NCBI GenBank assembly: GCA_963756875.1
Contig: CAVWPA010000002.1
Coordinates: 32,001 to 96,000 of the forward strand
Source: an uncultured Verrucomicrobiae bacterium
GTDB taxonomy: Bacteria; Verrucomicrobiota; Verrucomicrobiia; Chthoniobacterales; UBA10450
Direction: 5' to 3'
DNA length: 64,000 nt
Program-made: the position numbers and the translations under genes
The notes under the pieces: generated by a model
What the model was told of the DNA's origin: nothing
Seen by the model: only the letters and a program-made list of their open reading frames with translations
Database searches by the model: none
In this document: one piece after another, positions 16,797 through 25,963 of the stretch
Layout: the number at the start of each line of letters is the position of its first letter
Position numbering within the stretch: the stretch's first letter is position 1

Positions 16797-18557
16797 ATGC
16801 GAAAAAATTTTGTTGTTCACGGGGTTGCCTTGGTGCTGCTTCTGGTTGCGTTGGTCGCTTTCGGCCAGGACGAACCGCCGACCACTACCCCCACGCCAAC
16901 AGCAACACCGAGTCCCGTCCCTCCGGTGCTGGTTTCCGCTACTCCGACGCCAATTGAAACCACGCCGACTCCAAGTGCTCTCCTTCCAACGCCGGTTGCC
17001 GCTACCCCGACGCCAATTGAAGCCACGCCGACTCCAAGTGCTCTCCTTCCAACGCCGGTTGCTGCCACGCCGACGCCTTTCCCCGCCATGACGGAACAGA
17101 GTGCCGTCACGACATCAAACACCTTCCAATGGTCGGAGAAGGGGGCGCCCGTCTTCGATTTGAATAAGGCCGTAATCACCGCGCTTCATCAAAACCCCGA
17201 CGTTCTGCGCGCGTTGCAGGAAATCGAGCGGACCAAGGGCGTGCTGATCGAGATCCGCGCGCAGGCTCTGCCGCATGCCGGTCCGAGCGCGAACTATCAA
17301 TGGACCGATCCGAAGCTTGGTTCAGGCGGTGGCGGAATTGTTGGCGGTGGTGGCACTGGCGACCTGCGGTCCGACATATACTACGCGATCCGCGTTACCG
17401 GAACGCAATTGATCTTTAACGGCACGACCTGGCCTTCGATCCGCGGCACATTTTTTCAGCGGGACTCCTCTTATTTCGCTTTTCGGAACACGCTGGATCA
17501 GGTGATTGCAACCGTAAAAACGCAGTTTTACCAGGTGATCCTTGATCGAGCGCTGATTGGTGTGCAGGAAGAGTCAGTGCGGCTGCTTGAAAGCCAGTTG
17601 AAGGACCAGCAAAATCGTTTCGAAGCGGGAACCGTTCCCCGTTTCAACGTGCTGCAGGCTCAGGTGCAGCTTGCCAATCAGATTCCGAATCTCATCGCGG
17701 CCCGGAACAATTATCGGATTGCGATCCTGCAGCTAGCCAAGACTCTCGGTCTTAATTACAACCCCGCCCGCGGGGTGGCGGCGCCGCTTCGAGCCGTCGG
17801 CGAATTGACCTATATTCCTCGGCGCATCAACATGCTTCAGGCGGTAGAGCTTGGGAAACAGCATCGTCCGTTTTTGAAAGAAGCGCGCGCCAACGTTTTG
17901 AACCAAATCGAGCAGGTTCACGTCGCGCTGGGCGGCTTTTTGCCGACCATCAACGCGACCGGTGGCGGCGAATGGGTGAGCTCGCCGATCAACTCGAGTT
18001 GGGGGGACATCTCAAAAGGCTGGATTGCCCAGGTGACAGGAAGCTGGCCGATTTGGGACAGCGGCCAGGTTTACGGCCAGGTCAAGCAGCAGCGCGCGCT
18101 TCTCTCGGAAGCCAAGACCACGTATGAGGATGATGCCCGGCAGGTCGAACTGGAAATTCAGCAGGCGGCTTCGAACGTGTTGCAAAACCGCGAACTGATT
18201 CAGGCGACTGAGAAAAGTGTCGAGCAGGCGGATGAAGCGGTCCGACTGGCCAAGGCGCGATTGGATGCCGGCGCGGGCACGCAATTGGATGTCCTGAACG
18301 CTCAGGTGCAATTGACGACAGCGGAGTCGACGCGATTGCAAGCGCTCTACGGCTACATTTCGTCTCTGGCCGAATTCGATCGCGTCACCGGCACTGAAAG
18401 TACCTATACGGAGGCGTTCAACGGCATCGCGCCGCACGCTACCCGCAGGAAGACCTACTACACTGGGAGCGATGTCGACGCGGTGGGAAGGCCAAAGCGC
18501 AACGTTTTGGAACCGGCTGCCGTGACTCCGCTGTCTCGCGAGCCGAGTTCGAAATAG
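16797..18557 (+). CDS. TolC family outer membrane efflux protein with Pro/Thr-rich N-terminal linker
   Basis: Signal peptide; two OEP repeats ('RFEAGTVPRFNVLQAQVQL', 'RLDAGAGTQLDVLNAQVQL'). Confidence 0.9.
   Translation: MRKNFVVHGVALVLLLVALVAFGQDEPPTTTPTPTATPSPVPPVLVSATPTPIETTPTPSALLPTPVAATPTPIEATPTPSALLPTPVAATPTPFPAMTEQSAVTTSNTFQWSEKGAPVFDLNKAVITALHQNPDVLRALQEIERTKGVLIEIRAQALPHAGPSANYQWTDPKLGSGGGGIVGGGGTGDLRSDIYYAIRVTGTQLIFNGTTWPSIRGTFFQRDSSYFAFRNTLDQVIATVKTQFYQVILDRALIGVQEESVRLLESQLKDQQNRFEAGTVPRFNVLQAQVQLANQIPNLIAARNNYRIAILQLAKTLGLNYNPARGVAAPLRAVGELTYIPRRINMLQAVELGKQHRPFLKEARANVLNQIEQVHVALGGFLPTINATGGGEWVSSPINSSWGDISKGWIAQVTGSWPIWDSGQVYGQVKQQRALLSEAKTTYEDDARQVELEIQQAASNVLQNRELIQATEKSVEQADEAVRLAKARLDAGAGTQLDVLNAQVQLTTAESTRLQALYGYISSLAEFDRVTGTESTYTEAFNGIAPHATRRKTYYTGSDVDAVGRPKRNVLEPAAVTPLSREPSSK
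16936..17061 (+). repeat. 63-bp tandem duplication inside tolC
   Basis: Two near-identical units encoding ATPTPIE(T/A)TPTPSALLPTPVA. Confidence 0.9.
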
Positions 18558-18668
18558 TTTCGATCCGGGAAGCGAAACGTCGGACTGATTGATGGCTTTT
18601 CTTAAGACCTGTCGTCCGGGCGTCGCCTGAAATTTGGATTTTTGGACGCCAACACGGACGTTTCACCT

Positions 18669-19331
18669 GTGACAAAGCCATATCCAGTCGAGCATTTTCC
18701 AGCGCTGGATGCGACCGGCGTTTGTCGGAGCGCCTTTATCAACCGCATACCGGGCATCGACGTCGCACAAGATAAGAAGGAAACGTTGCAGCGACTCGAT
18801 TCGGTCCATCGCGAAATTCGGAATTCGCTTGGCTTCGGCGAGTGGCCCCTGCTTACGGCCGAGCAGATTCATTCGAACAAAATAGCAGTGATCGACGGCC
18901 CGGTCCGGACTGATGGGGAGTTTCCCGCTGCCGACGGACTGATGACGGACCAGGCGGGAGTTGCCCTTGGGATACATGTCGCGGATTGCTGCGCGGTTTT
19001 CATCGTCGATCCCGTCCGACCGGCGATTGCGCTGGTCCATTCCGGCCGAAAAGGAACGGAGCTGGAGATCGCCGGGAAAGCAATCGAACAGATGGAAAAG
19101 AAATTCTCCACAAAACCGGAAAGTCTGATTGTTCAACTGAGTCCGTGCATTCGTCCGCCGCACTACGAAATCGATTTTGCGGCAAACATTATCCAACAAT
19201 GCCGGGCGCTGGGCGTGACGAAAATCTACGACAGCGGCGTCTGCACCGCCTGCGATCTCGGCCGTTACTATTCTTACCGGGCTGAAAAGGGGCGGACCGG
19301 TCGCATGCTCGCGCTGCTCGGGCTCAGGTAG
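18669..19331 (+). CDS. YfiH/PgeF (polyphenol-oxidase-like, purine nucleoside phosphorylase) family protein
   Basis: 'EQIHS', 'ADGLMT', 'VADCCAVF', 'HSGRKG', 'CTAC...YYSYR'. Confidence 0.9.
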   Translation: MTKPYPVEHFPALDATGVCRSAFINRIPGIDVAQDKKETLQRLDSVHREIRNSLGFGEWPLLTAEQIHSNKIAVIDGPVRTDGEFPAADGLMTDQAGVALGIHVADCCAVFIVDPVRPAIALVHSGRKGTELEIAGKAIEQMEKKFSTKPESLIVQLSPCIRPPHYEIDFAANIIQQCRALGVTKIYDSGVCTACDLGRYYSYRAEKGRTGRMLALLGLR

Positions 19332-19425
19332 GGATGGCTCTCCGAGCCGTTCGTGAAATTTTCAGCCAGGAGCTTCCCTCAAAGACCCAAATCGTCGGAC
19401 ATCTGTGGAGAGATGTCCCTACCTG
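19325..19425. repeat. GTAG-type REP doublet overlapping the yfiH stop codon
   Basis: CAGGTAGGGA ... TCCCTACCTG terminal inverted repeat with internal hairpins. Confidence 0.75.
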
Positions 19426-19438
19426 TCAGGAAAAGGCG

Positions 19439-20239
19439 TTACGCTTCGGCGCCGCGTTTCAGCGGGCAAATTCCGCGCTTTTTTGCATTGGCAACGAATT
19501 CAAAGAATTCACGCGCTGGTGGGCCGAATTTCATTGTTCCGGCTTTCTCCAATGCCTGTGAAATATTCAGTCCACTCGTGTAAAGAAGCCTGAAGGCGCT
19601 TTTGATTTCATCCCGATCGCGCGCGCTAAAGCCGGCCCGCTGCAAGCCGACAACGTTTACACCGATGACGTAATTGCGCTCGGCGGCGAGCAAAAATGGC
19701 GGCAGATCCTTGCCGAAGGCGGACCCACCTTGTGCGATGACCAGTCTCCCCACATGCATGTGCTGGTGGAAGAGACAACCCCCGCCGAGAAATGCGCCGT
19801 CATCGACGCGAACATGACCCGCGAGCAGACAATTGTTCGCGATGATCACGTTGTTTCCGATCACGCAATTGTGTCCGACATGCGCTCCCGCCATCAAAAA
19901 ATTCTTGTCGCCGATTTTCGTGACGCTGCCTTCGGGGCTGCCCCGATGAATCGTGCAGTATTCGCGAATGACGTTTCCGCTACCGATCTCGACCTTCGTC
20001 TTTCTCTCGGGTGAAAATAACAGGTCTTGAGGAGGCGCGCCGATGATTGCGCCATGACCGACAAGATTCCCGGCACCAATCGTCACGATCCCTTCAATCA
20101 CGACATTCGATTGCACGATTGTACCGCCACCAATCACGGTTTTCGGACCGATCAACGAAAACGGACCAATCTCTACGTCTTCACCGACTTGCGCGGCGGC
20201 ATCGACAATCGCTGTTGGGTGAATCTTTGCCGCATTCAT
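19439..20239 (-). CDS. lpxA: UDP-N-acetylglucosamine O-acyltransferase
   Basis: Hexapeptide repeats; 'PPQDL', 'IREYCTIHRG', 'AHVGHNC', 'LAGHV', 'HQH'. Confidence 0.9.
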   Translation of the reverse strand: MNAAKIHPTAIVDAAAQVGEDVEIGPFSLIGPKTVIGGGTIVQSNVVIEGIVTIGAGNLVGHGAIIGAPPQDLLFSPERKTKVEIGSGNVIREYCTIHRGSPEGSVTKIGDKNFLMAGAHVGHNCVIGNNVIIANNCLLAGHVRVDDGAFLGGGCLFHQHMHVGRLVIAQGGSAFGKDLPPFLLAAERNYVIGVNVVGLQRAGFSARDRDEIKSAFRLLYTSGLNISQALEKAGTMKFGPPAREFFEFVANAKKRGICPLKRGAEA

Positions 20240-20267
20240 GACCAACGTATGCGGTCTTGCGGGTTGA

Positions 20268-20407
20268 GGAGCGCACGCGCCTCGCGTGCTGGTGATGGCA
20301 CCCTTGCCATCACGAACTTTTTAATCTTCGCGCAAGGTGCGGATAGGGCCGCCGTTAGCGTTTCGGCGTGGGCGCCGAAACGTGCACGCGAGGCGCGTGC
20401 GCTCCCC
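20268..20407. repeat. GGAG-type REP doublet (related copies at 24858-25014, 25823-25940, 29342-29487)
   Basis: GGAGCGCACGCGCCTCGCGTG ... CACGCGAGGCGCGTGCGCTCC with internal hairpins. Confidence 0.85.
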
Positions 20408-20480
20408 GGATGCGACGGTTCGCACGTCGATCGACTTCGCGACAACGTGCCGGCGATTCTTTCGTGTTTTGCCATTGATC

Positions 20481-21176
20481 TCATAACACGCCGGCTTCCT
20501 TGAAACTAAAGTAACCGGGATTTCCATCCGCGGGCGCCCCGATGATGACGTGATCGAGCAGTTTGATTTGCAACAGCTGGGCGGCTTCGGCCAAACGCCG
20601 CGTCAGGCTGTGATCGGTCTGGCTCGGCGACGCGTCGCCGGAAGGGTGATTGTGCACGACGATTACAGCGTAGGCAGACGCGACTAGCGCCGGCCGAAAT
20701 ATGTCGCGCGGATGCGCGATGCTTTCGTTCACACTTCCGATCGAAACTTCCTCGACCCGGATTAAATGGTAACGCGTATCGAGCAGAATCGCGCGTAACG
20801 ATTCCTTGCGCAGCCGGCGCATTTCAGGGCCGACCAATTCATTGACCAATTCCGGCGAATCAATTTTCTGCTTCGCCAGCGTCTCGTGCGCAAGGCGTTG
20901 ACCGAGACCGAAAGCGGCGACGAGTTGCACTGCTTTGGCAGGACCGACACCGCGAACTGTGGCGAGCTCGTCCACCGTGCAGCGGCTCAGTCCGCCGAGC
21001 GAGCCGTAGTCTTTCAGCAGCTTGCGCGCGACTTCGATTACATTCGATCCCGGAACGCCGGTGCGCAGCAAGATTGCGATCAGTTCGGGATCGGAAAGAG
21101 CAGCCGGTCCGTGCGCCGCGAGTTTTTCGCGCGGCCGCTCTTCCGGCGGCATCTCGCGAATCTTGAGCTGCGGCAT
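20481..21176 (-). CDS. radC: RadC (JAB/MPN domain) protein
   Basis: 'ERPREKL...LSDPELIAILLRTG', HhH 'GVGPAKA', 'HNHPSGDASPSQTD', 'LLDHVII'. Confidence 0.95.
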   Translation of the reverse strand: MPQLKIREMPPEERPREKLAAHGPAALSDPELIAILLRTGVPGSNVIEVARKLLKDYGSLGGLSRCTVDELATVRGVGPAKAVQLVAAFGLGQRLAHETLAKQKIDSPELVNELVGPEMRRLRKESLRAILLDTRYHLIRVEEVSIGSVNESIAHPRDIFRPALVASAYAVIVVHNHPSGDASPSQTDHSLTRRLAEAAQLLQIKLLDHVIIGAPADGNPGYFSFKEAGVL

Positions 21177-21250
21177 GGGTGATGTCGGAGTGGCTCAGTG
21201 CCGCGCCGGCAGGTTTTTAAGAATTGGGGTGCAACGGCCCCTTCCACATT

Positions 21251-22336
21251 TCATCGGAGCCGGAGCTGGTCGAGCATCTCGCACAAGGCATTTCCAAGTG
21301 CGAATAGCCCTTCGACATGCGGGTTCGTCGCGAGCGGCCCGATGTCGGCCTGCGCCTTGCGAATCAGATTGGTTCCGACGGCGATCGATTCGTCCAGCGC
21401 GCCGTTGGCCGAGCGGTTTTTCAAAATCTCACTCATCTCTTCGCATTTCCCGTCGAGGATCAGACCGGAACACCGCTCGCGTTCGAACTCGGACGCCGAA
21501 CTCAAAAAGATCAGCACGGGAAGCGTGAATTTGCCCTTGCGCAAATCGGTCCCGAGCGTCTTGCCGGTAGCGTCCTCGCTTCCCGCGATGTCGAGGCAAT
21601 CGTCGTAAATCTGGTAGGCGGTGCCGATGCGCATCCCGAAGCTCTTCAAAAGCTCCAGTGCCCCCGGGTCTGCTTCGTTAATCGTCGCGCTCAGCTCGGC
21701 GGCAACAGCGAAAAGCGAGCCGGTCTTCATTTTCACAATGCGCAAATAATCGTCGACATTGAGCTGGAGATCGAACCGGCGCTGCGTCTGAATCATTTCT
21801 CCGGAACAAATCTCACTCGCGGTTCTTGCGATCGCGCGGCTGATCTCTGAATTGTCAAAGCTGGTCGAGAGATTCAGCGCGTGCGCGAAAAGACAATCAC
21901 CCAGCAAGACGCTCAACGAATTTCCCCAACGCGCGTTGATAGTCGGTTGCGCGCGGCGCCGCTCGGCTTCGTCCATTACATCATCGTGCACGAGCGTTGC
22001 CAGGTGGATCAGTTCGACGATTACGGCAAGATCGACGTGGCCCGAACTGATCTCGCCGGTTGCGCCCCCTGCCAGAAGCGCCACCAGCGGTCGAAGACGT
22101 TTGCCGCGCCCGCCGATTGCGTAGGAGACGTAACCTTCGAGCGCGGGATCAAAGGCCGACGCCTGCTGGACGATGCGCGTTTCCACCTGGTCAAGCTGCG
22201 ATTGAACGATCCCCGTCACTTGAGGCAGCGTGTTGGGCGCCGACGCGGTGGCTGCAACGCCGCTACGCCCTGGTCGTTGCGTCGACAAGGACTCATCGGC
22301 CGGCAAGCCCGGGCCTGAGCGCGCGAAGATTTCCAC
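21251..22336 (-). CDS. Polyprenyl diphosphate synthase (true start probably downstream of 22336)
   Basis: 'GKRLRP', 'LVHDDVMD...RR', 'KTGSLF', 'YQIYDDCLD', 'DLRKGKFTLP'. Confidence 0.9.
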   Translation of the reverse strand: MEIFARSGPGLPADESLSTQRPGRSGVAATASAPNTLPQVTGIVQSQLDQVETRIVQQASAFDPALEGYVSYAIGGRGKRLRPLVALLAGGATGEISSGHVDLAVIVELIHLATLVHDDVMDEAERRRAQPTINARWGNSLSVLLGDCLFAHALNLSTSFDNSEISRAIARTASEICSGEMIQTQRRFDLQLNVDDYLRIVKMKTGSLFAVAAELSATINEADPGALELLKSFGMRIGTAYQIYDDCLDIAGSEDATGKTLGTDLRKGKFTLPVLIFLSSASEFERERCSGLILDGKCEEMSEILKNRSANGALDESIAVGTNLIRKAQADIGPLATNPHVEGLFALGNALCEMLDQLRLR

Positions 22337-22438
22337 AGACGCAGGATGAAGGGCGCCCCGCTAAAAGTCAAAGCAACACGCTGGTAATTTTTGCCGGGAG
22401 GAATCGGCAAATAACTTTCCGGCAACCCGGCGGAGACC

Positions 22439-23131
22439 TCACCGGCGTTGCAGCCAGAGGTCGATCTTGTATTTCTGCTGAGCCAAACCCTGCGCCCGTT
22501 CCAAAATTGATTCGTCGATCTTTGCCTCGGAACAATCTGCAGCCAAGCCTTTTGTAAACCGATCTGCGAAATCGTGTTCAAGAGGGACACTCTGGATGCT
22601 GCCCTGTTGAAGCAAACCCGAGCGCGTCCGGCGTTGCGCTGCGCCTGCGACCTTCCTGCCATTGACGAGCACATCGGCCCGCACCGGGTTGGCAAAGCAG
22701 TGATCTTTGTAGCCGGCATCGGCGATGCCGGCGTCGAGACCGGCGACACCGGCTACAGTCGCGTGTTGCCCGGCTTTACACAACGCGCCGGAGATCGCCA
22801 GGTGAATATTCTCGTAAATCGCCTTCGACGATTCTGTGAAAGCCGCATCATCGGCAGGAATCACGATCGAATACGTCAGGTCTTCTCCATGAAGAACGAT
22901 CCCGCCGCCCGTCCAGCGGCGAACGAGATCGCGTTCGGGCTCGTAATTGCGTACATCTGCGAATTTACAGAAGTAGCCGAACGAAAGCGCGGGATGGTCC
23001 CATTGATAGAACCGGATCGACGGAACGTTTGCCGTTTCCAGAAGCGCTTCGTCGATCGCCATGTTCATTGCGGCCGATCGGGATGAAACATCACGATAGA
23101 TTTCGAGCCTGGCGAAAAGCGTTCGTGTCAT
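22439..23131 (-). CDS. Lipoate-protein ligase A / LipM family protein
   Basis: 'NMAIDEALL', 'RRWTGGGIVLH', 'GRKVAGAAQRR', 'LQQGSI'. Confidence 0.85.
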   Translation of the reverse strand: MTRTLFARLEIYRDVSSRSAAMNMAIDEALLETANVPSIRFYQWDHPALSFGYFCKFADVRNYEPERDLVRRWTGGGIVLHGEDLTYSIVIPADDAAFTESSKAIYENIHLAISGALCKAGQHATVAGVAGLDAGIADAGYKDHCFANPVRADVLVNGRKVAGAAQRRTRSGLLQQGSIQSVPLEHDFADRFTKGLAADCSEAKIDESILERAQGLAQQKYKIDLWLQRR

Positions 23132-23209
23132 GTCGAGCCCCGTCGAGACATCTCTCATTGTTGGATTCGGATGATAGTAAGAGATTCCTCGACTGCGCTC
23201 GGAATGCCA
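23126..23209. repeat. TGTCAT...ATGACA palindromic element
   Basis: TGTCATGTCGAGC..GTCGAGACATCTC ... GAGATTCCTCGACTGCGCTCGGAATG; second copy at 23912-24013. Confidence 0.8.
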
Positions 23210-23218
23210 GATGAACGG

Positions 23219-23917
23219 TTACGCGCGCAACTCCGCCATGATCTTCTCAACCGCCTCGCGAGGATTTTGGTCCGCGATGATCGGCCGGCCGATCACCAGA
23301 TAGTCTGCACCGGCGTCGAGCGCTTCGCGCGGAGTCATGGTTCGTTTTTGATCGCCGGCAGCCGACCAACTCGGCCGAATTCCCGGAACAACGATTCTGA
23401 TTTTACCGCCAAATTCGGCGCGCAGCATTTTGATCTCTTTCGGGCTGGCAACAATTCCGTCGACCCCATTTTTAACTCCGATTTTTGCAAGGCGCAGAAC
23501 CTGGTCGTCGACACTTCCCGAAATCCCTGTTTCTCCCAGCGTTTCTTTGGTAGCGCTGGTCAGAACCGTTACGCCGAGCACCGACACATCGCTTTTACGT
23601 GCGGCGACCGCTGCTCGCACCATCTCCGCGCCGCCACTCAGGTGAACTGTAAGCATTTGTACGCCCAGCGAACCGGCCGATTCGACCGCTTTCGCGACCG
23701 TGTTCGGTATGTCGTGCAATTTAAGATCGAGGAAAACCTTTGCCCCTGTCCCCAGAACCGTGCGCACCATCTCTGGTCCTTCGGCGGTATAAAGTTGCAG
23801 ACCAATTTTGAAAAACGAGATCTGGTCGCGCAATTCTTCTACAAGATCGAGCGCACGGTCCTTGTTCGCGACATCAAGCGCGACAATGATCTTGTCAGCT
23901 ATCTTCTTATTTGTCAT
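23219..23917 (-). CDS. pyrF: Orotidine-5'-phosphate decarboxylase
   Basis: 'IIVALD', 'FKIG', 'FLDLKLHDIPNTV', 'VPGIR', 'DQKR', 'VIGRPI'. Confidence 0.95.
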   Translation of the reverse strand: MTNKKIADKIIVALDVANKDRALDLVEELRDQISFFKIGLQLYTAEGPEMVRTVLGTGAKVFLDLKLHDIPNTVAKAVESAGSLGVQMLTVHLSGGAEMVRAAVAARKSDVSVLGVTVLTSATKETLGETGISGSVDDQVLRLAKIGVKNGVDGIVASPKEIKMLRAEFGGKIRIVVPGIRPSWSAAGDQKRTMTPREALDAGADYLVIGRPIIADQNPREAVEKIMAELRA

Positions 23918-24013
23918 GTCGAGCGAAGTCGAGGCACCTCTAATTATTGTCTTTTAAGAGTATGAGATTTCTCCACTTCGGTCGGAATGACAAACTAGAC
24001 GCTCGACATGACA
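23912..24013. repeat. TGTCAT...ATGACA palindromic element filling the pyrF/ispE divergent spacer
   Basis: TGTCATGTCGAGCG ... GGAATGACA ... CGCTCGACATGACA. Confidence 0.8.
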
Positions 24014-24865
24014 ATTGAAATGCAAGCGATGCAAGTGATGGCACCGGCGAAAATTAATCTCCGGCTTAATGTGCTCGGTCGTCGCAACGACGGTTTTCAC
24101 GAGATTGAGACGCTGATCACGCCGATTTCGCTCGCCGACCAGATGGACATCGAGAAACAGGCAAGGCGGATCGATGTCACATGCGACGATCCTTCCCTTC
24201 CGTGCGGCGACGAAAATCTCGTCGTGCGCGCAGCCAAGGCGTTTTTCGAAACCACGTCCATGCGCGGCGGAGTTAAGATCAAACTTCAGAAAAAAATCCC
24301 GCACGGCGCCGGCCTGGGAGGCGGTAGCAGCGACGCAGCTGCGACGTTGCTCGCGCTGAACCGGCTTTTCGAGACGAATTTATCTCGTGACAAGCTGGCG
24401 GAACTTGGATCGACGATCGGATCGGATGTTCCGTTTTTTATTTTCGCGTCGGCCGCAATATGCAAAGGGCGGGGCGAGCTGGTCTCGCCACTGAAGTTAT
24501 CCAACAGATTGTCACTGTTGCTTTTGAAACCGGGCTTTGGCATCTCGAGCGCGTGGGCGTACTCGCGCTGGCAGGATTCGAGGGAAATTCCAGGGATTGC
24601 CCATGAGCCCCAGGAATTTGCCGGCCAATCATTCGTGAACGATCTCGAACGTCCGGTTTTCGAGAAATTTGTCTTCCTTGCGGAATTGAAAAGGTGGTTG
24701 CTCAAGCAACCGGAAGTTGGCGCGGCGCTAATGTCCGGCTCGGGTTCGACGATGTTCGCGGTGCTGCACGAAGATGCGGACGCCGATCTGTTGGCCAGCC
24801 GGGCGAAAGTGGAATTGGATCCGGAGTTGTGGACGTTTTCGTGCGAAACGGTCGCGTCTGGGTAG
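24008..24865 (+). CDS. ispE: 4-(cytidine 5'-diphospho)-2-C-methyl-D-erythritol kinase
   Basis: 'APAKINL', 'DGFHEI', 'KKIPHGAGLGGGSSDAA', 'GSDVPFF', 'NDLE', 'MSGSGS'. Confidence 0.95.
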   Translation: MTIEMQAMQVMAPAKINLRLNVLGRRNDGFHEIETLITPISLADQMDIEKQARRIDVTCDDPSLPCGDENLVVRAAKAFFETTSMRGGVKIKLQKKIPHGAGLGGGSSDAAATLLALNRLFETNLSRDKLAELGSTIGSDVPFFIFASAAICKGRGELVSPLKLSNRLSLLLLKPGFGISSAWAYSRWQDSREIPGIAHEPQEFAGQSFVNDLERPVFEKFVFLAELKRWLLKQPEVGAALMSGSGSTMFAVLHEDADADLLASRAKVELDPELWTFSCETVASG

Positions 24866-25014
24866 CGCATGCGTCCCGCATGCTGGCGATGGTGTCTCGC
24901 CATCGCGAACTTTCCTGGGGGCGCCTCAAGCACGCGTCGTACGTCAGTACAATGAAAAAAAGATTGTTTCGGCGGGACGCCGAAACCAGCACGCGAGACG
25001 CGTGCGCTACCCAG
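24858..25014. repeat. GTAG-type REP doublet overlapping the ispE stop codon
   Basis: CTGGGTAGCGCA ... TGCGCTACCCAG. Confidence 0.85.
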
Positions 25015-25042
25015 CGTGTGCCATGGCGCGCACTATGTGAGC

Positions 25043-25798
25043 CTATTCTCCCGCGCTGCGGCGCAGATTGGCTCGCGCGTATTCGCGGTTGAGCTTGGCA
25101 ATGAAACCGACGCTGACCTCCGCCGGGCAAACCGCTTCGCATTCGTAAGTGTTGGTGCAGTTGCCGAATCCTTCGGCGTCCATCGCGCGCACCATGCTCA
25201 AAGCGCGCCTCGTCCGTTCGGGATCGCCCTGCGGCAGAAGGGCAAGATGCGAAACCTTTGCTGCAGTGAAAAGCATGGCCGAGGCATTCGGGCAAGCAGC
25301 CGCGCACGCGCCGCAACCGATGCAGGCCGCGGCCTCCATTGCCAGATCGGCATCGTGCTTTGGGACCGGAGTTGAGTTCGCTTCCGGGGCCGATCCCGCG
25401 CGCGCCGATATGAATCCTCCGGCCTGGACAATACGATCGAGCGCACTGCGATCGATCACCAGGTCCTTAACCACTGGAAACGGCCCGGCGCGAAACGGCT
25501 CGACAACGATTGTGTCGCCATCACGGAACTTTCGCATGTACAACTCGCACGCGGCGCCCGGGTGATCGGGTCCATGCGCTTCGCCGTTGATGGTGAGAGA
25601 ACAGGTTCCGCAAATCCCTTCACGGCAATCCGAATCAAACGCGATGGGTTCTTCTCCGCGCAGCAGCAATCGCTCGTTCACGATGTCGAGCATCTCGAGA
25701 AACGACGCACTCGGCGGAATGTCGGACGCGTCGTACGTGATGAGTTTACCGCGGGATTGGCGGTTGGCTTGTCTCCAGATCTTGAGTTTGAATTTCAT
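25043..25798 (-). CDS. sdhB: Succinate dehydrogenase/fumarate reductase iron-sulfur subunit
   Basis: 'DSDCREGICGTC', 'CIGCGACAAACP', 'CTNTYECEAVCP'; ATG at 25798. Confidence 0.95.
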   Translation of the reverse strand: MKFKLKIWRQANRQSRGKLITYDASDIPPSASFLEMLDIVNERLLLRGEEPIAFDSDCREGICGTCSLTINGEAHGPDHPGAACELYMRKFRDGDTIVVEPFRAGPFPVVKDLVIDRSALDRIVQAGGFISARAGSAPEANSTPVPKHDADLAMEAAACIGCGACAAACPNASAMLFTAAKVSHLALLPQGDPERTRRALSMVRAMDAEGFGNCTNTYECEAVCPAEVSVGFIAKLNREYARANLRRSAGE

Positions 25799-25822
25799 AT
25801 TACGCGACACAAAGGCGTGGAT

Positions 25823-25940
25823 TGGGGAGCGCACGCGCCTCGCGTGCGGCGATTGGCGCCCTCGCCAATCGCTGGGTGTCACCCACGAGAATTTCGGCGG
25901 GGGCGCCGAAATTGGCACGCGAGGGCGCGTGCGCTCCCCA
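25823..25940. repeat. GGAG-type REP doublet between sdhA and sdhB
   Basis: TGGGGAGCGCACGCGCC ... GGCGCGTGCGCTCCCCA. Confidence 0.85.
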
Positions 25941-25963
25941 GAAATTGGACTGCGCCACGGTAC

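Noticed and set aside
20481..21176. radC as a marker of a mobile element
   Set aside because: It is the full-length chromosomal form with the N-terminal HhH region, among housekeeping genes.
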